A stretch of 64,000 nucleotides of DNA. Origin: Hemiscyllium ocellatum. Lineage: Eukaryota. A program made the translations under genes and the position numbers. The stretch covers positions 17,628,341 to 17,692,340 of the forward strand of contig NC_083409.1 of NCBI RefSeq assembly GCF_020745735.1. Direction: 5' to 3'. Below the pieces are notes generated by a model that saw only the letters and a list, made by a program, of their open reading frames with translations, was not told the origin of the DNA and made no database searches. Below are positions 36,800-49,439 of this stretch, piece after piece (position 1 is the first letter of the stretch; each line of letters opens with the position of its first letter).

Positions 36800-37590
36800 A
36801 GCTCGGGTGCTCGTTGCTGTGGTTCTGTTTGCTGAGCTGGGATTTTGTGTTGCAGACGTTTCATCCCCTATCGCGGAGTCATCATCAGTGCTTGGGAGCC
36901 TCCTGTGAAGTGCTTCTGTGATGTTTCCTCCAGCATTTATTGTGGTTTGAATCTGCTGCTTCCGGTTGTCAGTTCTAGCTGTCTGTTGCAGTGGTTGGTA
37001 TATTGGGTCCAGGTCGATGAGCTTATAGGTTGAATCTGTGGATGAGTGCCATGCCTCAAGGAATTCCCTGGCTGTTCTCTGTTTGGCTTGTCCTATAATA
37101 GTAGTGTTGTCCCAGTTGAAATCATGTTGCTTGTCATCTGCGTGTGTGGCTCCTAAGGATAGCTGGTCGTGCTACATAGGACAAACAGGAAGACAGCTAA
37201 CGATCCGCATCCATGAACATCAACTTGCCACGAAATGACACGACCAGCTATCCTTAGTAGCCGTACACGCAGATGACAAGCAACATGAATTCGACAGGGA
37301 CAACACTACTATTATAGGACAAGCCAAACAGAGAACAGCCAGGGAATTCCTAGAGGCATGGCACTCATCCACAGATTCAATCAATAAGCACATCGACCTG
37401 GACCCAATATACCGACAACTGCAGTGGACAGCTGGAACTGACAACCGGAAGCGGCAGATTCAAACCACTACAAATGCCAGAGGAAACATCACAGAAGCGC
37501 TTCACAGGAGGCTCCCAAGCACTGAGGATGTCACCTAGACAGGGACGAAACGTCTGCAACACAAATTCCCAGAACAGAATCGGCGAAAAG
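36800..37590. mobile_element. Penelope-like GIY-YIG 3' end arranged as a palindrome (~330-bp arms)
   Basis: CYIGQTGRQLTIRIHEHQLA; 36840-37170 is the reverse complement of 37222-37570. Confidence 0.85.
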
Positions 37591-38197
37591 AAGCACAACA
37601 GCCTCTTGATATTTTAAATACACTGTCTGCAAGAAAATGCTTGGCAGAGGTTTTAACATTGTTTAATAAGACAAAGATGTAAATACACCAGTTTGTTTAC
37701 AGCTATGAGCGTGTAACATCATGGTCCTTGTTTTAATGGACCCTCCCTCATGGTAATACATTTTACAATGTTTCTCTCCCCTTACATGTTGTGAAGAGGT
37801 TTGCAAACGTGTTTTGATGAGGACAGTGCATCTTCAACACCGTTTGGTGGAGTGGGAGTCTGTTTGAATTCTCACTTGTGATAATACAGTTTTAAATGCG
37901 TCAGGGTTACTTTCCCCGCTGTCTGGGGGTGTCGCTGTCATTCACCCCAGCCCACCCTTCCCTCTTGGGGTAATACTATTTTTCACATCATTTTGGACAC
38001 ATTTGGAGGGGAGCGACTTACCAGGGCCATTCAGTGGGGTGCAGGTCTCTGGCACAGTGTCTGACCCTGTTACACAGAAGGAAAGGAGAAAAAGGAGGAG
38101 AGCGTTAGTCATTGGGGACTCAATAGTTCGAAGGTCAGATAGAACGTTTGTTGGGGATGAATGAGACTCATGTTTGGCGTATTGGACCCAGGTGCCA

Positions 38198-40332
38198 AGG
38201 CTGAAAATGTGTTGCTGGAAAAGCGCAGCAGGTCAGGCAGCATTCAAGGAGCAGGAGAATCGCTGTTTCGGGCAACAGCCCTCCTTCGGGAATGAGGAAA
38301 GTGTGTCCAGCAGGCTAAGATAAAAGGTAAGGAGGGACTTTGGGGAGGGGCGTTTGGAAACGCAATAGGTGGAAGGAGGTTAAGGTGAGGGTGATAGGCC
38401 AGAGTAGGGTGAGGGCGGAGAGGTCAGGAAGAAGATCGCAGGATAGGAAGGCGGTGCTGAGTTCGAGGGTTGGGACTGAGACAAGGTGGGGCGAGGGGAA
38501 ATGAGGAAACTGGAGAAATCTGAGTTCATCCCTTGTGGTTGGAGGGTTCCGAGGCAGAAGATAAAGCGCTCTTCCTCCAGCCGTCATGTTGCTATGGTCT
38601 GGCGATGGAGGAGTCCAAGGACCTGCATGTCCTTGGTAGAGTGGGAGGGGCAGTTGAAGTGTTGAGCCATGGGGTGGTTGGGTTGGTTGTTCCGGGTGTC
38701 CCAGAGGTGTTCTCTGAAATATCCCGCAAGTAGGTGGCCTGTCTCCCCAATATAGAGGAGGCCGCATCGGGTGCAGCAGATAAGTAAATGATATGTGTGG
38801 AGGTGCAGGTGAATTTGTGGCGGATATGGAAGGATCCCTTGGGGCCTTGGAGGGAAGTAAGGGGGGAGGTGTGGGCGCAAGTTTTGCATTTCTTGCAGTT
38901 GCAGGGGAAGGTGCCGGGAGTGGAGGTTGGGTTGGTGGGGGGGTGTGGACCTGACGAGGGAGTCACGGAGGGAGAGGTCTTTTCGGAACACTGATAGGGG
39001 AGGGGAGGGAAATATATCCCTGGTGGTGGGGTCCATTTGGAGGTGGTGGAAGTGACGACGGATGATACGATGTATATGGAGATTGGTGGGGTGGTAGGTG
39101 AGGACCAGTGGGGTTTTGTCCTGGTGGTGATTGGAGGGGCGGGGCTCAAGGGCGGAGGAGCGGGAAGTGGAGGAGATGCGGAAGAGAGCATCGTCGATCA
39201 CGTCTGGGGTGAAATTGCAGTCTTTGAAGAAGGAGGCCGTCTGGATTGTACGGTATTCCTTCTTCAAAGACCGCAATTTCCTGCCAGACCTGATCGATGA
39301 TGTTCTCCACCGCATGTCCTCAACTTCCCGCTCCTCCGCCCTTGAGCCCCGCCCCTCCAATCACACAGGACAGAACCTCACTGGTCCTCACCTACCACCC
39401 CACCAACTTCCATATGCATTGTATCATCCGTTGTCACTTCCGCCACCTCCAAATGGACCCCACTACCAGGGATACATTTCGCTCCCCTCCTCTCCCCTAT
39501 CAGCATTTCAAAAAGACCACTCCCTCCGTGACTCCCTCGTCAGTTCCACACCCCCCATCAACCCAACCTCCACTCCCGGCACCTTCCCCTGCAATCACAA
39601 GAAATGCAAAACTTGTGCCTACACCTCCCCCCTTACTTCCCTCCAAGACCCAAGGGATCCTTCCATATCCTCCACAAATTCACCTGCACCTCCACACACA
39701 TCATTTACTGTATCTGCTGCACCCGATGAGGCCTCCTCTATATTGGAGAGACAGGCCACCTACTTGCGGAACGTTTCAGAGAACACCTCTGGGACACCCA
39801 GACCAACCAACCCAACCACCCCGTGGCTCAACACTTCAACTCCCCCTCCCACTCCACCAAGGACATGTAGGTCCTTGGACTCCTCCATCGCCAGACCATA
39901 GCAACACGACGGCTGGAGGAAGAGTACCTCATCCTCTGCCTAGGAACCCTCCAACCACAAGGGATGAACTCAGATTTCTCCAGTTTCCTCATTTCCCCTC
40001 GCCCCACCTTGTCTCAGCCCCAACCCTCGAACTCAGCACCACCTTCCTAACCTGCAATCTTCTTCCTGACCTCTCTGCCCCCACCCCTACTCTGGCCTAT
40101 CACCCTCACCTTAACCTCCTTCCACCTATCGCATTTCCAATGCCCCTCCCCCAAGTCCCTCCTCCCTACCTTTTATCTTAGCCTGCTTGGCACACTTTCC
40201 TCATTCCTGAAGAAGGGCTTATGCCCAAAATGCCGTTTCTCCTGCTCCTTGGATGCTGCCTGACCTGCTGCGCTTTTCCAGCAACACATTTTCAGCTCTG
40301 ATCTCCAGCATCTGCAGTCCCCACTTTCTCCT
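38198..40332. mobile_element. Penelope-like palindromic insertion (~1.04-kb arms, 22-nt spacer) with 10-bp TSD
   Basis: 38200-39234 is the reverse complement of 39257-40296; CTRCGLLYIGETG in both arms; ccaggtgcca at 38188-38197 and 40333-40342. Confidence 0.9.
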
Positions 40333-41960
40333 CCAGGTGCCAGAGTCCATGATGTTTTGGATCTTGTCTTTAGGGTCCTGAAGGGAGAGGGTGACTAGAC
40401 TCAAGTCGTGATCCAACGACATAGGTAGAAAGAGGGATAGGGATGTAAATCATGATTTCAGGGAGCTAGGGTGGAAGCTGAGAGCTATAAAAAAGAGTTG
40501 TTATCTCTGGTTTGTTACCTGTGCCACGTTATAGCAAGGCAAGGAATAGGGAGAGAGATCAGCTAAACGTGTGGCTGCAGGGATGGTGCAGGAGAGAGGG
40601 TTTCAGGTGTATGAATAATTGGGGCACATTCTGGGGAAGGTAGGACCTCTACAAACAGGATGGTCTTCACTTGAACCAGAAGGGTACTAATATCTTGGGT
40701 GGGAAATTTGCTGGTCCTATTCTGGTGGGTTTAAACTACCACAGCAGGTGGATGGGAACCTGAGGTGTCATTCCAGTGCACAGGAGGATGAGAGAAGGGA
40801 GGGCATGGACAGGATTTCACGGTCACAGGAATGTGCTGGCAGACAGCGAAGTGATTTGAAATGTGTCTACTTCAACGCTAGAAGTATCTGAAATAAGGTA
40901 GGTGAGCTTGCAGCATGGATAGGTACCTGGGACTTCAAGGTTGTGGCCATTTCAGAGACATGGATAGAGCAGAATCAGGAATGGATGTTGCAGGTTCCAG
41001 GGTTTAGATCTTTCGTTAAGAACAGGGAAAAAAGTAAAAGAGGGGAAGGTGTGACCTTGTTAGTCAAGGACGGTATAACGTTGGCTGAAAGAATTTTTGA
41101 CAAGGACTCATCTACTGAGGTGGTATGGGCTGAGGTCAGAAACAGGATGAGAAGGCACACTGCTGGGAGTTCTTTACAGGCCTCCACAGAGTTCCAGCGA
41201 TGTGGAGGAGAGAATCGACAAAATAATTCTGGGTAAGAGCGAAAGGAACAGAGTGCTCATTATGGGGGACTTTAACGTCCCCAACATTGACTGGAAATGC
41301 TAGAACTCTAATATATCAGATGGATCAGTTTCTGTCCAAATTGTACAGGAGGGTTTCCTGACACAGTATGTCGAAGGGCCGACAAAAAGAGAGGCCACAG
41401 TGGGTCTGGTGCTTGATAATGAACCATGCCTGGTGTTTGATTTAGTGGTAGGAAGACACTTTGGTGAGAGTGACCATAATTCAGTTCCATTTAGTTTAGT
41501 GATGGAAACGGATAGGTACATGCCACAGGGCAACAGTTATAGATGGGGGAAGGGTAATTATAATGCGATTAAGCAAGACTTAGGCTACATAGAATGGGGT
41601 AGCAAGATGCAGGGGATGGGGACAATCAAAATGTGGCGCTAGTTTAAGGAATAGATATTGCGTGTCCTTGATAGGTATGTCCCTGTGTGGCAGGGGGGAA
41701 CTGATAAGATAAGGGATCCGTGATTTACTAAAGACATTGCATCTCTTGTTAAGTGGAAGAAGGAGGCTTCTGTGACAATGAGATGAGATGATTCAGATGA
41801 GGCAATGGAGAGTTACAGATTAGCTAGGAATGAGTTAAAGAGAGAGTTGAGAAGAGCAAAGAAAGGACATGAACAGTCTTTAGCAGGTAGAATAAAGGAG
41901 AACCCTAAAGCTTTCTATAGACATGTGAAGAATAAAAGGATGACTAGGGTAAGAATAGGC

Positions 41961-42180
41961 AAAAGTGAGGAGTGCAGATGCTGGAAACCAGTGTTTAGAT
42001 CAGAGTGGTACTGGAAAAGCACAGCAGGTCAGGCAGCATCCGAGCAGCAGGAAAATCGATGTTTCGGGCAAAAGCGCTTCATCAGGAATAGATGAAGGGG
42101 TTTTGCCCGAAACGTCGATTTTCCTTGCTCCTTGATGCAGCCTGACCTGCTGTGCCTTCCAGGACCACTCTGACCTAAAC
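41961..42180. mobile_element. Non-autonomous Penelope-terminal hairpin (~88-bp arms)
   Basis: 41995-42082 inverted to 42091-42179; flanked by a duplicated ctagggta(a/g)gaatagg. Confidence 0.8.
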
Positions 42181-42188
42181 TAGGGTAG

Positions 42189-42685
42189 TGTTAAGACGGT
42201 TCTACCGTCCCCGTGTTCGTTTCGGAGGAATGAGACACCGGGTCAGATTCTAAGAAACAGACTGCTTTATTCGAGAGAGAATCGAGTTACAGCAAGGTAT
42301 CAGGCTTGCTGGAGAAGGCGCCTTCTGACCCTTTGTTCTAAGTTGTTTATTCTTATACCCCCCTTATTCCTGCACCGTTCCCTTATTTGGTAATGGTCGG
42401 TTCTATAGTTTGTCATTGGCCCCAGTCTCTTAACAGTGTTCTAACATACCTTATTTGGCTATCAGTAAGCTCAACTTGCTATGTACCAGATGGCCCCTTT
42501 GTTCTGTTTTTTCAAGTTTTACTGCTCTTTCAGTACTTTTCCACTGGTTCAGTTATCTTCCTCAGACCTCGTGTCTGTTTCCCCCTCTGGGGCCCACTGG
42601 CTACATCAGCCTGAGAGCTACTTCTACCTAACATTTTAATGTTACTTCTATCTCACACTCGCCTGAGTGCTACTTCTACCTAACA
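42189..42685 (-). mobile_element. Solo LTR with 4-bp TSD GTAG
   Basis: TGTTA...TAACA termini; gtag at 42185-42188 and 42686-42689; AATAAA on the minus strand (ctttattc at ~42265). Confidence 0.85.
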
Positions 42686-44469
42686 GTAGGAATAGGGCCA
42701 GTCAAAGACAGCAGTGGGAAGTTGTGTGTGCACCCTGTGGAGATCGGAGAGGTGCTAAATGAATATTCCTCATCTGTTTTCACTCAAGAAAAGGAGAATA
42801 TTGTCGAAGAGAAGACTGAGTTATTGGACTAGAAAGGATTGAGGTTAGTAAAGAAGAGATGTTATCAATTCTGATAGGAGTAAAAGTAGACAAGTTCCCT
42901 GGGCTGGATGGGATAAATCTTCGGATTCCCTGGGAGCCTTTGGCTTTGATCTTTGAGTTGTCATTGTCTGCAGGTTTAGTACCAGAGGACTGGAGGATTG
43001 CAAATGATATGCCCTTGTTCAAGAATGGCAGTAGAAATGACCCAAGTAATTATAGACCAGATAGCCTTACATCTATTGTAGGAAAAGTTTTGAAAAGGAT
43101 TATAAGAGGTAAGATTTATAATCATCCCGCAAGCAACAATTTGATTGCAGATAGTCAACATCGTTTCGTCAAGGGCAGGTCTTGTCTCACAAACCTCGCT
43201 GAGTTTTTTGAGAAGGTGACCAAGCATGTGGATGAGGGTAGGGCAGTTCACGTAGCGTACATGGACTTCAGTAAAGCCTTTGATAAGGTTCCACAAGGTA
43301 GGCTGTTGGAGAAAATGCAAGGCATGGGATTGAGGGTGATTCAGCAGTTTGGAGTAGTAACTTGCTTTCTGTAAAAAGGTAGCGAGTGGTGGTTGATGGA
43401 GAATATTCAGCCTGAAGTTCGGTGACTAGTGGTGTTCCATAAGGATCTGTTTTGGGACCTGTTTGTCATTCTTATAAATGACTTGGATGCAGGCAGTGGT
43501 CGATTTGTTAGTAATATTGCAGATGACACTAAAGTCAGTGGAGTAGTGGATAGTGTGGAAGAATGATGCAGGTTGCAAGGGGACTTGGATAATTGGGCTG
43601 AGAGGTGGAAAATGGAATTCAATGCAGATAAATGTGAGGTGATTCACTTTCGGAAGAATAACAGGAAAGCAGAATACTGGGTCAATGGAAAGATTTTTGG
43701 TAGTGTGGATATGCAGAGGAATCTTGGAGTGCATGTACATAGATCCCTGAAAGTTACCACCCAGGTTGATAGTTCTGTTAGGAAGGCACAAGGTGCGTTA
43801 GGTTTTATTGGTAGAGGGATTGAGTTCCAGAGCCATGATGTCATGCTGCCACTGTACAAAACGCTAGTGTGACCTCACTTGGAATATTGTGTACAGTTCT
43901 GATCGCCCCATTACAGGAAGGATGTGGAAGCATTGGAAAAGGTGTAGAGGAGATTTACCAGGATGTGCCTGGTCTGGAGGGAAGGTCTTAGGAGGAAAGG
44001 CTGAGGGACTTGGGTCCATTCTCATTGGAGAGAAGAAAGCTAAGAAGGATTTAACAGAGACATACAAGATGATCAAGGTAGGGTGGACAGTTAGAGTCTT
44101 TTTCTAACCATGATAATGTTGGCTTGTACAAGCGGGCGTAGCTGCAAATTGAGGGGTGATAGATTTAACACAGATGTCTGAGGCAGGTTCTTTACTCAGA
44201 GAGTGGTAAAGGCGTGGAATGCCCTACCTGCCAATGTAGTTAACTCAGCCACATTAGGGGCATTTAAACAGTCCTTTAGTAAGCATATGGATGCTGTTGG
44301 TATAGTGTAGGGGGATGAGCTTAGATTAGTTCACTGGTTGGCATAACATCGAGGGCCGAAGGGCCTGTTCTGTGCTGTACTGTTCTATGTTCTATGTTCT
44401 GCAAGTGTGGCTAATTTTGGTTAAGTACAGTTTTGCATACTTTGCTCAGTTCAGCTCTTTTGACCAATG

Positions 44470-45700
44470 TTCAGTATTGCAGGGTCACACTGTCTAGAGT
44501 GTTCCTGCATTCTGTTGTGTACTATTGTGTTCTGGGAGTCATGCTCGGGAAAGTATGTGAACACATTGGAGAGAGTCCAGAAGTGATTTACACGAATATT
44601 CCAGGGATGAGGTACTTCAATTGGGAAGAAAGATGGAAGATGTTGAGACTGTTTTCCTTGGAGAGTTGAAGGCTGAGAGGAGATTTGATTGAAGCTTTCA
44701 AAATCATGGAGGGTCTGGACAGAGTGACTAGGGAGAAAGTGTTACAGTTCCTAAAAGGATCAAGCATGAGGGTGCACAGACTCAAGGTTATTCACAAAGA
44801 AACAAAATTAACACAAGAAGAAAATCTTCTCACACAGCAAGCAATTAGCATCTGGAATGCACAGCCTGGAGTTGTGGTGGAAACAGGTTCACGTGGAGTA
44901 CTGGACGGTTGGTTAAACAGAAACAATGTCTGGGGTCATTGGGAAGAGGCAGGAAATTGGCAGAGTCATAACACTCATTCAGAGAGCTAGTACATGCTCG
45001 ATGGACCAAAGGACATCTCCTGCACCGTCACAACTTCATGATTCTGTTGTTAATTTCACTTTTAACCCTTTAGTGCTATCCAATGTTATTTCCAATTATG
45101 TCACAGAATACAGGGTGGTCAGGACCAAAGTATGAAAATTGACAATAGTGACATTGCCAATGAAAAGTAAGAAAGGTGAGCACAGTGACTAAGGAATTAC
45201 ACTGTATCATTATCTACTGAGGAGGAAGATGCCAGCTGGCTGTTCCATGGATATTAATGTTGGCTCAGTGATGGGCACTCTTCAAAATTAACAACAGCAA
45301 CGTAGTATATAATGTTACTAAATGATGACAAACCCTCAGGATTAGGTGGTTTCTATCATCAAATTTTGAAGGAAGCTGGTCAGAACATTTCTGATGCTCT
45401 GACTTTATAATCTTCAAAAGTTCTCTCCATTTTTTAGCATTCATTTAAATGGGAAAATTGTTCATGTCATTCCACTGTTTAAGAAAAGTGATAGATTACA
45501 ACAAAGGAATTATAGACCTGTTAGCACAACATCTGTTGCTAGAGAATTACTACAGTGGTTAAGTAAGGTTAAGGCGACTGTAAACCTTGAAAATGTTCAG
45601 CTAATCAGAGACAGGCAGTACAGATTTGTCAATTATAGGTCATGCCTGATGGAACTTGCCTGATTCTTTTTGAAGGGTTCACTAAAGTAGTGGAGGAGGG
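44470..45700 (+). mobile_element. Older degraded CR1 fragments
   Basis: IEAFKIMEGLDRVTREK; ggaattatagacctgttagc (NYRPVS). Confidence 0.7.
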
Positions 45701-45789
45701 AATTGAGCTTAAACATCTCAGTCCAAGGACATCACTGCATGAGTTCCTCAGGGTAGTGAGTCAGGATCAACCACCAAGAAACTTTTCTG

Positions 45790-48350
45790 ATTCGGTATGT
45801 GGATGTACCAAATAGAGAGGGTGATCTACGCTTGGGAAATAAGGCAGGACAAGTGACTGAGGTGTCAGTGGGGGAGCACTTTGGGGCCAGCAATCATAAT
45901 TCTATTAGTGTTAAAATAATGATGGAAAAGGATAGACCAGATCTAAAAGTTGAAGTTTTAAATTGAAGGAAGGCTAACTTTGACAGTATTAGGCTAGAAA
46001 GGTAAAGGACAGCTGGGAAAAGGGAAGCCAGAGACAGTGCATTCCTGTTCGGGTGAAAGGTAAGGCTGAAAGGTGTAGGGAATGTTGGATAACTCAAGAA
46101 ATTGAGGCTTTGGTTAAGAAAAAGTAGGAAGCTGGTATAGACAGCAGAGATCGAGAGAATCCTTTCAAAAGTATAAGGCAATAGGAGTATATTTAAGAGG
46201 GAAATCAGGAGTGCAAAAAGGGGACATGAGATAGCTCTGTCAAATAGGATTGAGAAGAATCCAAAGAGTTTTTTTTATAAATACATTAAGGACAAAAGGA
46301 TGAGAACTGGGGAGAGAATAGGGCCCCTCAAAGATCAGCAAGGCAGCCTATGTGTAGAACCACAGGAGATGGGGAAGATAGAAAATGAGTACTTTGCATC
46401 AGTGTACTGTGGAGAAGGAAATGGAAGAATGTGGGGAAACAGATGGTGACATCTTGGAAAATGTTCATATTTCAGAGGAGGAAGTGCTGAAAGTCTCGAA
46501 ATACATAAATGTGGATAAATCCTAAGGTCCTGATTAGGTGTACCCTAGAATTCTGTGGGAGGCTAGGCAAGTGATTGCTGGGCCCTTTGCTAAGATATTT
46601 GTATGATCGATAGTCACAGGTGAGGTACCAGAAGCCTGGAGGTTGGCTAATGTGATGCCCCTGTTTAAGAAAAGGGGTAAGGAAAAGCCATGGAACTATA
46701 GACTAGAGAGCCTGACGTCGGTGGTGGGCAAGTTATTGGAGGGAATCCAGAGGGACAGGATTTACAAGCATTTGGAAAGGCAAGGACTGATTAGGGATAG
46801 TCTGTATGGTTTTGTCCATGGAAATCATGCCTCACGAACTTGATTGGGGTTTTTGAAGAAGTCACAAAGAAAATTGATGAGGACAAAACAGTGCAAGTGA
46901 TCCAAATGGACTTCAGTAAGGTGTTCGACAAGGTTCCTCATGGGAGATTGGTTAGCAAGGTTAGATCTCACAGAATACAGGGAGAACTGGATATTTGGAT
47001 ATAGAACTGGCTCAAAGGTAGAAGACAGACACTGGTGGTGGAGGGTTGTTTTTCAGACTGGAGGCCTGTGACCAGTAGAGTGCCACAAGGATCGGTGCTG
47101 GGTCCACTACTTTTCATAATTTATATAAATGATTTGGATGTGAACGTAAGAGATATAGTTAATAAGTTTGCAGATGACACCAAAATTGGAAGCGTGGTGG
47201 ACAGCGAAGAAGGTTACAACAGAGTACAATGGGATCTTGATCAGATAGCCAATGGGCTGAGGAGTTGCAGATGGAGTTTAATTTAGATAAATGTGTGGTG
47301 CTGCATTTTGGAAAAGCAAATCAGAGCAAGACTTGTACACTTAACGGTAAGGTCCTACAGAGAGCTGCTGAATAAAGAGGCCTTGGAGTGCAGGTTCATA
47401 GTTTCTTGAAAGTAGAGTTGCAGGTAGATAGGATAGTGAAGGAGGTGTTTGGTATACTTTCCTTTACTGGTCAGAGTATTGAGTACAGAGAGTTGGGAGG
47501 TCATGTTGCGGCTGTACAGGACATTGGTTAGACCACTTTTGGAATATTGCGTACAATTCTGGTCTCCTTCCTATCAGAAGGATGTTGTGAAACTTGAAAG
47601 GGTTCAGAAAAGATTTACAAGGCTGTTGCCTGGGTTGAAAGATTTGAGCTGCAGGGAGAGGCTGATTTGGCTGAGGCTGTTTTCCCTGGAGCGTCGGAGG
47701 CTGAGGGCTGACCTTATAGAGGTTTATAAAATTATAAGGGGCATGAATAGGGTGAATCGACAAAGTCTTTTCCCTGGGGTCAGGAAGTCCAGAATTAGAG
47801 GGCACAGGTTTAGGGTGAGAGGGGAAAGATATAAAATGGACTTAAGAGGCAACTTTTTCACGCAGAAGGTGGTGCATGTATGAAATAAGCTGCCAGAGAA
47901 AGTAATTAGATTAGATTACTTACAGTGTGGAAACAAGCCCTTCGGCCCAACAAGTCCACACCGACGCGCCGAAGCGCACCCTCCCAGACCCATTTCCCTA
48001 CATTTACCCCTGCACCTAACACTACGGGCAATTTAGCGTGGCCAATTCACAAAACCTGCACATTTTTGGACTGTGGGAGGAAACCGGAGCACCCAGACAC
48101 GGGGAGAATGTGCAATCTCCACACAGTCAGTCGCCTAAGGCGGGAATTGAACCCGGGTCTCTGGTGCTGTGAGACAGCAGTGCTAACCACTGCTGGTACA
48201 CCAGTGGTGGAAGCTGGTACAATTACAGCATTTAAAAGGCATCTGGACGGGTAAAAGAATAGGAAGGGTTTAGAGGGATATGGGCCAAGTGCTGGCAAAT
48301 GGGACTAGATTAGGTTAGGATATCCTGCCAGCATGACAAGTTGGACTGAA
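45790..48350 (+). mobile_element. CR1 LINE ORF2 (5'-truncated) with SINE insertion
   Basis: NYRLESLTSVVGKLLE; VPQGSVLGPLLFIIYINDLD..FADDTKIG; LYRTLVRPLLEYCVQFWSP. Confidence 0.9.
47907..48191 (-). mobile_element. HE1/V-SINE-type SINE inside CR1
   Basis: attagattagattacttacagtgtggaaac...gcagtgctaaccactg. Confidence 0.88.
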
Positions 48351-49439
48351 GGGTCTCTATGATCTTCACTGCTACATCTTCAATCACAAGGTTGACCACG
48401 CTGCAATAAATCACCCAGATACTCCAAATCCATGGCCTCACCATCCAGAACGCCAAGGGCAGCAGAGGTGGAAATGTATCAGTGTTCTTCTACTGTGGTG
48501 AGATACAGATCTTGTAACTCCATCTCCAACAGCAGTGTGTGTACCCATGCAATGTACACTCCATATACCCCATTCTCCAGGGCTATTAGGGACAGGCAGT
48601 AAATGGTACCCAGACACCACAAACATGCGAGGGGAAACAGATTACGGGTTTTTACATGCCACATGACCTGAGGTAGGGTAAGGCAGGAGAGGAGAAATTA
48701 ACTGCTGGGTGAACTGACTCAGCTGCTGGGAGATGGACAACTCATGCAGCCTGTCTCTTATTGTGGCTGTGCTACCTATTTATTTCACCATTGAAGACAG
48801 TCCCCTCAGCTGTCGAGGCCCTAAGCTCTGAAACTGCCTTTCTGTCTCTTTTTCATCCTTCATGCTGCTCCTTAAAACCTATCCCTTCAATAAAGCTTTG
48901 GGTCATCTTGTTTCGTAATGCCTTATATGGCCTGTGGTGATTTTATTTTGTCCGATAACACTCCCACAAAGTGTCTGATCTAAACAGGATTGTCTGGAAG
49001 TATCCATAAAGTTTAGTCAGCATTTGTGGGGAAAGATACAGATAACATTTCAGGGGCTGATGTTCTTTCAAACTCAATTTACTTTTTCTGAAAAGGGAAA
49101 TGCTGTTTGAAGCTTTTAATTTTGTTCTGATCAGGACAGAATTGCAAGAATACCAAATCTCAAAGGATTATGTTGATTTTGTGGCAGGTCTAGGTCCTTG
49201 CGTTCTGGTTTTCTTTGTTTTGTTTTTGCATGTGCCTTCACGTTTTATGATGTTGGACTGAGTCCCCTGTGAGATAATGCACCTTTCCAGAGGAAAGATT
49301 CCTCTGTGGGTCAGCCTGGTCCTTTGTGGGTGGACTTGACCTTTGGAAAGACTGAACACCTGTGTGTGTGCTGGGAGGTGAGCATTTGCTGCTTCCTGGA
49401 TTGGACCCTGGATTGGATGGGTCACTACTTCCTTGGGAA

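Larger units (their letters stand above)
38040..44400 (+). mobile_element. Near-full-length CR1 LINE (ORF1 esterase, endonuclease, RT, (TGTTC)n tail) carrying three nested insertions
   Basis: VIGDSIVR motif at ~38115; AISETW; NYRPDSLTSIVGKVL..HRFVKGRSCLTNL..MDFSKAFDKVP; tail tgttctatgttctatgttct at ~44385. Confidence 0.9.

Noticed and set aside
38315-40181. Long ORFs of 150-294 aa on both strands as novel genes
   Set aside because: They are alternative frames of the two Penelope palindrome arms.
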